From an uncultured virus (IMG/VR IMGVR_UViG_3300030060_002428) (taxonomy: Duplodnaviria; Heunggongvirae; Uroviricota; Caudoviricetes; Crassvirales), in the IMG/VR virus record IMGVR_UViG_3300030060_002428: a DNA stretch of 20,000 nt; one strand, 5' to 3'. A model generated the notes under the pieces. It did no database searches. It had not been told where the DNA came from and worked only from the letters and a program-made list of their open reading frames with translations. Positions 17,751-20,000 of this stretch are shown here, in pieces. The position numbers and the translations under genes are program-made. The number at the start of each line of letters is the position of its first letter. The first letter of the stretch is position 1.

Positions 17751-20000
17751 TATTCTTCGTCTTCGTTTTCTGTAGTATCAGTTGGTACAGGTTCTTTAAT
17801 AGCTATGTTAAAAATGTCAGCAATGTCTGCATTAGTGTATGGCTGTTGTGTTCTAGGATTCACCATACCTAATAGCATTTGACGTAGTCTTGCTCTTTCA
17901 TAGATTCCCATGTCCCCAGTAGCTCTAGCTAAGTCTTGCTCTGCTTGATAGCTCATAACATCTCCAGCTAAACCAGCAGTTCCTGATGCTAACCTATCAA
18001 GACCCATCATCTTCTGATTTTCTTCAGCAACTCTTTGCTGCTCTCTAAGCTGTGTATTAATCATGTCTACTTGCATTCTGTTTCTAACATTTTGTACATC
18101 TGCCTGCATTCCCATCTGAGCTTCAGCATTTGCAATCTGAGTATTAGCCTTAGCTTCTGATGCAGCAATTTGCATATCCCCAGTTTGCTTACGTCTGTAA
18201 GCTGCCATCTTACTTATAATGTTAGCTGGCCCGCCGCCGCTAGTTTCAATAAATCTATTTAACGCTCTGTTATCTGCAGCGTTAGCCATACGCTCTGCGT
18301 TATAGCTTACTCTATCTAGGTTAGGAGCTTTAATCCTGCCAGGAGCTCCCATTAGTTTTTGTGCCTTTTCTTTATGTAGCATAGCGTACATAGCAGGCCC
18401 TAACTGAGCAACACCTGCTGCAATAGCTAAGTTTGGAACATCTTTGTACAGTCTGTCTAAAGCTTTCTTCTCTGCTTTAGTTAGACCATCTGCTCCTTTA
18501 GTAGTTTCACTAGTGCTTATAGTGCCATCTTCACTAGGTACAGAATCTGTATCTGGCATGTAATAAGAGTAATCTTCGCCTGGTACAAGATCTCCTATTT
18601 CCTCTGTCGCTTCTGTCTCTACACCAGTATCTATAGTAGACGGAGGTATAGTTTCTACCTCCTGCAAATTAGTATTATTACCGCCAGTAGTGCTGCTTGA
18701 TCCTCCACCAGTGTTAGACTGATTATTATTAGTAGGTGGAGCCTTGTCTTGCCCCTGAGACGCTCTTCCAGTAAGGAAACCTTCTTGGTCTCTACTTTCA
18801 AAGTACTCTGACTCTTTATATTGAGTTCTTATAGGAGCTTGAAGATTATAAAACGAAGATGCCTGTATATGATCAACTGATCCAGGCATTGTAACTGTTC
18901 CATCTGGTAGTATATAAGATTCCATACCACTAGTACGAGTTTTACGAATAAGTCCTCCATATGCATTTACAGCATTTAATGCGTTATTAGGATTATCTAC
19001 GCCATATGGATCTTCGTCAATTTCGTATGGATTTGTACCAGGGTTAAATCCTGCGAGTTGGAATTTTCTAGGACCTCCTGCACGCATCTCTACCGCATTA
19101 GGGTTTCTACCAGCTGCACGCTCTTGCATCTTAGCTAGTAGATTAATATCTTTTTGATTACCTCCTTTACGAAGTATGTCTTTATGTCTTTGCGCAAATG
19201 ACTTTCCGCCTAGCTTTAAGTGCTGAGAGAAAAAGTAATCACGCTTACCGCCTTGTTTTTTCATATTTACTTTATCCATTGTTTCTCCTCCCTCAACCTC
19301 AGTTTGCGGATCTAAAAGTATACCGCCCTTTTCATGGCTTGCACCTTTAAACTCTACCGCATCAGATCCTGGTATAGGCTTCATCATACCTCCTGGTAGT
19401 TTTACGCCCCCCATACCAAACTTGTTTGCAATCTTTTCTACTCGTTCAGACTGGCCCTTATGCATCTTAGATGCTTTAGCTAACTCTTTAGAAATCTTTA
19501 AAAGTCTTTTAGAACTAGTGTTTCTTTCTCCTCCCATCTTAGCCATGTCTGCACCAAAGTCATAACCTGAATACATTCTAGACTTCATAGCTTCTTGCCT
19601 CATTCGTCCGCCAATTTTAGACTCATCATATTTTTGCTTTAATTGAGCTCTATCTTCTGCTTTTAAAGCAGAGCCTCTTTCAACAAGACCTTTTCCTACT
19701 CCATATAGTCCTCCAGCAATTCCACCTATAAGCCCTGATATTGGAGCTAATGGTCCACCAATAGCTGCTCCTATCGTTCCCCCTACTGACGCTCCAGTTG
19801 CAGCAGAAGATAATATACCACCTGTTGCTTCTCCTACATTCCATGTAGTTGGGTCATCATCGTCTGCGACATATTTTGTTACCTCTCCTATTACTTTTGC
19901 ATAAGGAGCCACGGCGCCCATAGTAGATGAAACCCCCGCTGCTGTAGAACCTGCAATACCAGCACTTCCACTTGCTCCTTCAGCTGCTGCAGCCGCTTTA
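17750..20000 (-). CDS. Glycine-zipper-containing virion cargo/ejection protein; 5'-truncated, >=749 aa
   Basis: The frame stays open upstream of the track's ATG at 19921 to the window edge (KAAAAAEGASGSAGIAGSTAAGVSST-MGAV...), so the true start probably lies beyond 20000. It contains a GxxxG zipper (GASVGGTIGAAIGGPLAPISGLIGGIAGGLYGVGKG), a GASHEKGGI...EVEGGE module, a low-complexity linker and a Q/N/A/M-rich helical C-terminus. Confidence 0.75.
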   Translation of the reverse strand, partial: KAAAAAEGASGSAGIAGSTAAGVSSTMGAVAPYAKVIGEVTKYVADDDDPTTWNVGEATGGILSSAATGASVGGTIGAAIGGPLAPISGLIGGIAGGLYGVGKGLVERGSALKAEDRAQLKQKYDESKIGGRMRQEAMKSRMYSGYDFGADMAKMGGERNTSSKRLLKISKELAKASKMHKGQSERVEKIANKFGMGGVKLPGGMMKPIPGSDAVEFKGASHEKGGILLDPQTEVEGGETMDKVNMKKQGGKRDYFFSQHLKLGGKSFAQRHKDILRKGGNQKDINLLAKMQERAAGRNPNAVEMRAGGPRKFQLAGFNPGTNPYEIDEDPYGVDNPNNALNAVNAYGGLIRKTRTSGMESYILPDGTVTMPGSVDHIQASSFYNLQAPIRTQYKESEYFESRDQEGFLTGRASQGQDKAPPTNNNQSNTGGGSSSTTGGNNTNLQEVETIPPSTIDTGVETEATEEIGDLVPGEDYSYYMPDTDSVPSEDGTISTSETTKGADGLTKAEKKALDRLYKDVPNLAIAAGVAQLGPAMYAMLHKEKAQKLMGAPGRIKAPNLDRVSYNAERMANAADNRALNRFIETSGGGPANIISKMAAYRRKQTGDMQIAASEAKANTQIANAEAQMGMQADVQNVRNRMQVDMINTQLREQQRVAEENQKMMGLDRLASGTAGLAGDVMSYQAEQDLARATGDMGIYERARLRQMLLGMVNPRTQQPYTNADIADIFNIAIKEPVPTDTTENEDEE

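Larger units (their letters stand above)
1..20000 (-). mobile_element. Segment of a crAss-like bacteriophage (Crassvirales) genome: virion RNAP and cargo gene block
   Basis: DFDID-type RNAP flanked by two other giant proteins, a zincin domain, co-oriented overlapping genes, no cellular genes, and no evident Shine-Dalgarno motifs at the four visible starts (consistent with a Bacteroidota host). Confidence 0.88.

Noticed and set aside
19919..19921. ATG at 19921 as the true start of the last gene
   Set aside because: The frame remains open with similar Gly/Ala/Ser composition to the window edge, so this is probably an internal Met.
1..20000. Stop-codon reassignment (TAG/TGA), known in some crAss-like phages
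   Set aside because: All genes read fully open in the standard code. The four visible stops are all TAA, so the window neither requires nor excludes recoding.
1..20000. tRNA, ncRNA, CRISPR arrays, promoters, terminators, introns
   Set aside because: There is no intergenic space, and I recognised no repeat-spacer arrays, frame interruptions or convincing hairpin plus U-tract by eye.

Overview
The window is essentially 100% coding: five very large genes on the minus strand with no intergenic space (three TAATG stop/start overlaps and one 1-nt spacer). It is the virion cargo (ejection protein) and virion RNA polymerase module of a crAss-like (Crassvirales, phi14:2-like) phage, probably of a Bacteroidota host. 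In transcription order: a 5'-truncated glycine-zipper cargo protein (>=749 aa), an 834-aa acidic protein, a 1930-aa protein with membrane-like N-terminal helices and coiled coils, a 2130-aa single-chain two-barrel RNA polymerase (RxP...GSDFDIDK...VDAAK), and a 3'-truncated protein (>=1020 aa, absent from the ORF track) with a zincin HEFGH motif. The most striking observation is that about 6,660 visible codons contain only four cysteines, all within three residues of a protein terminus and paired across the two junctions flanking the RNAP (...QGCN*/MACK... and ...LCKA*/MPCK...). This suggests head-to-tail, redox-releasable linkage of the ejected proteins, which is a hypothesis. All family assignments come from motif recognition, not database searches.
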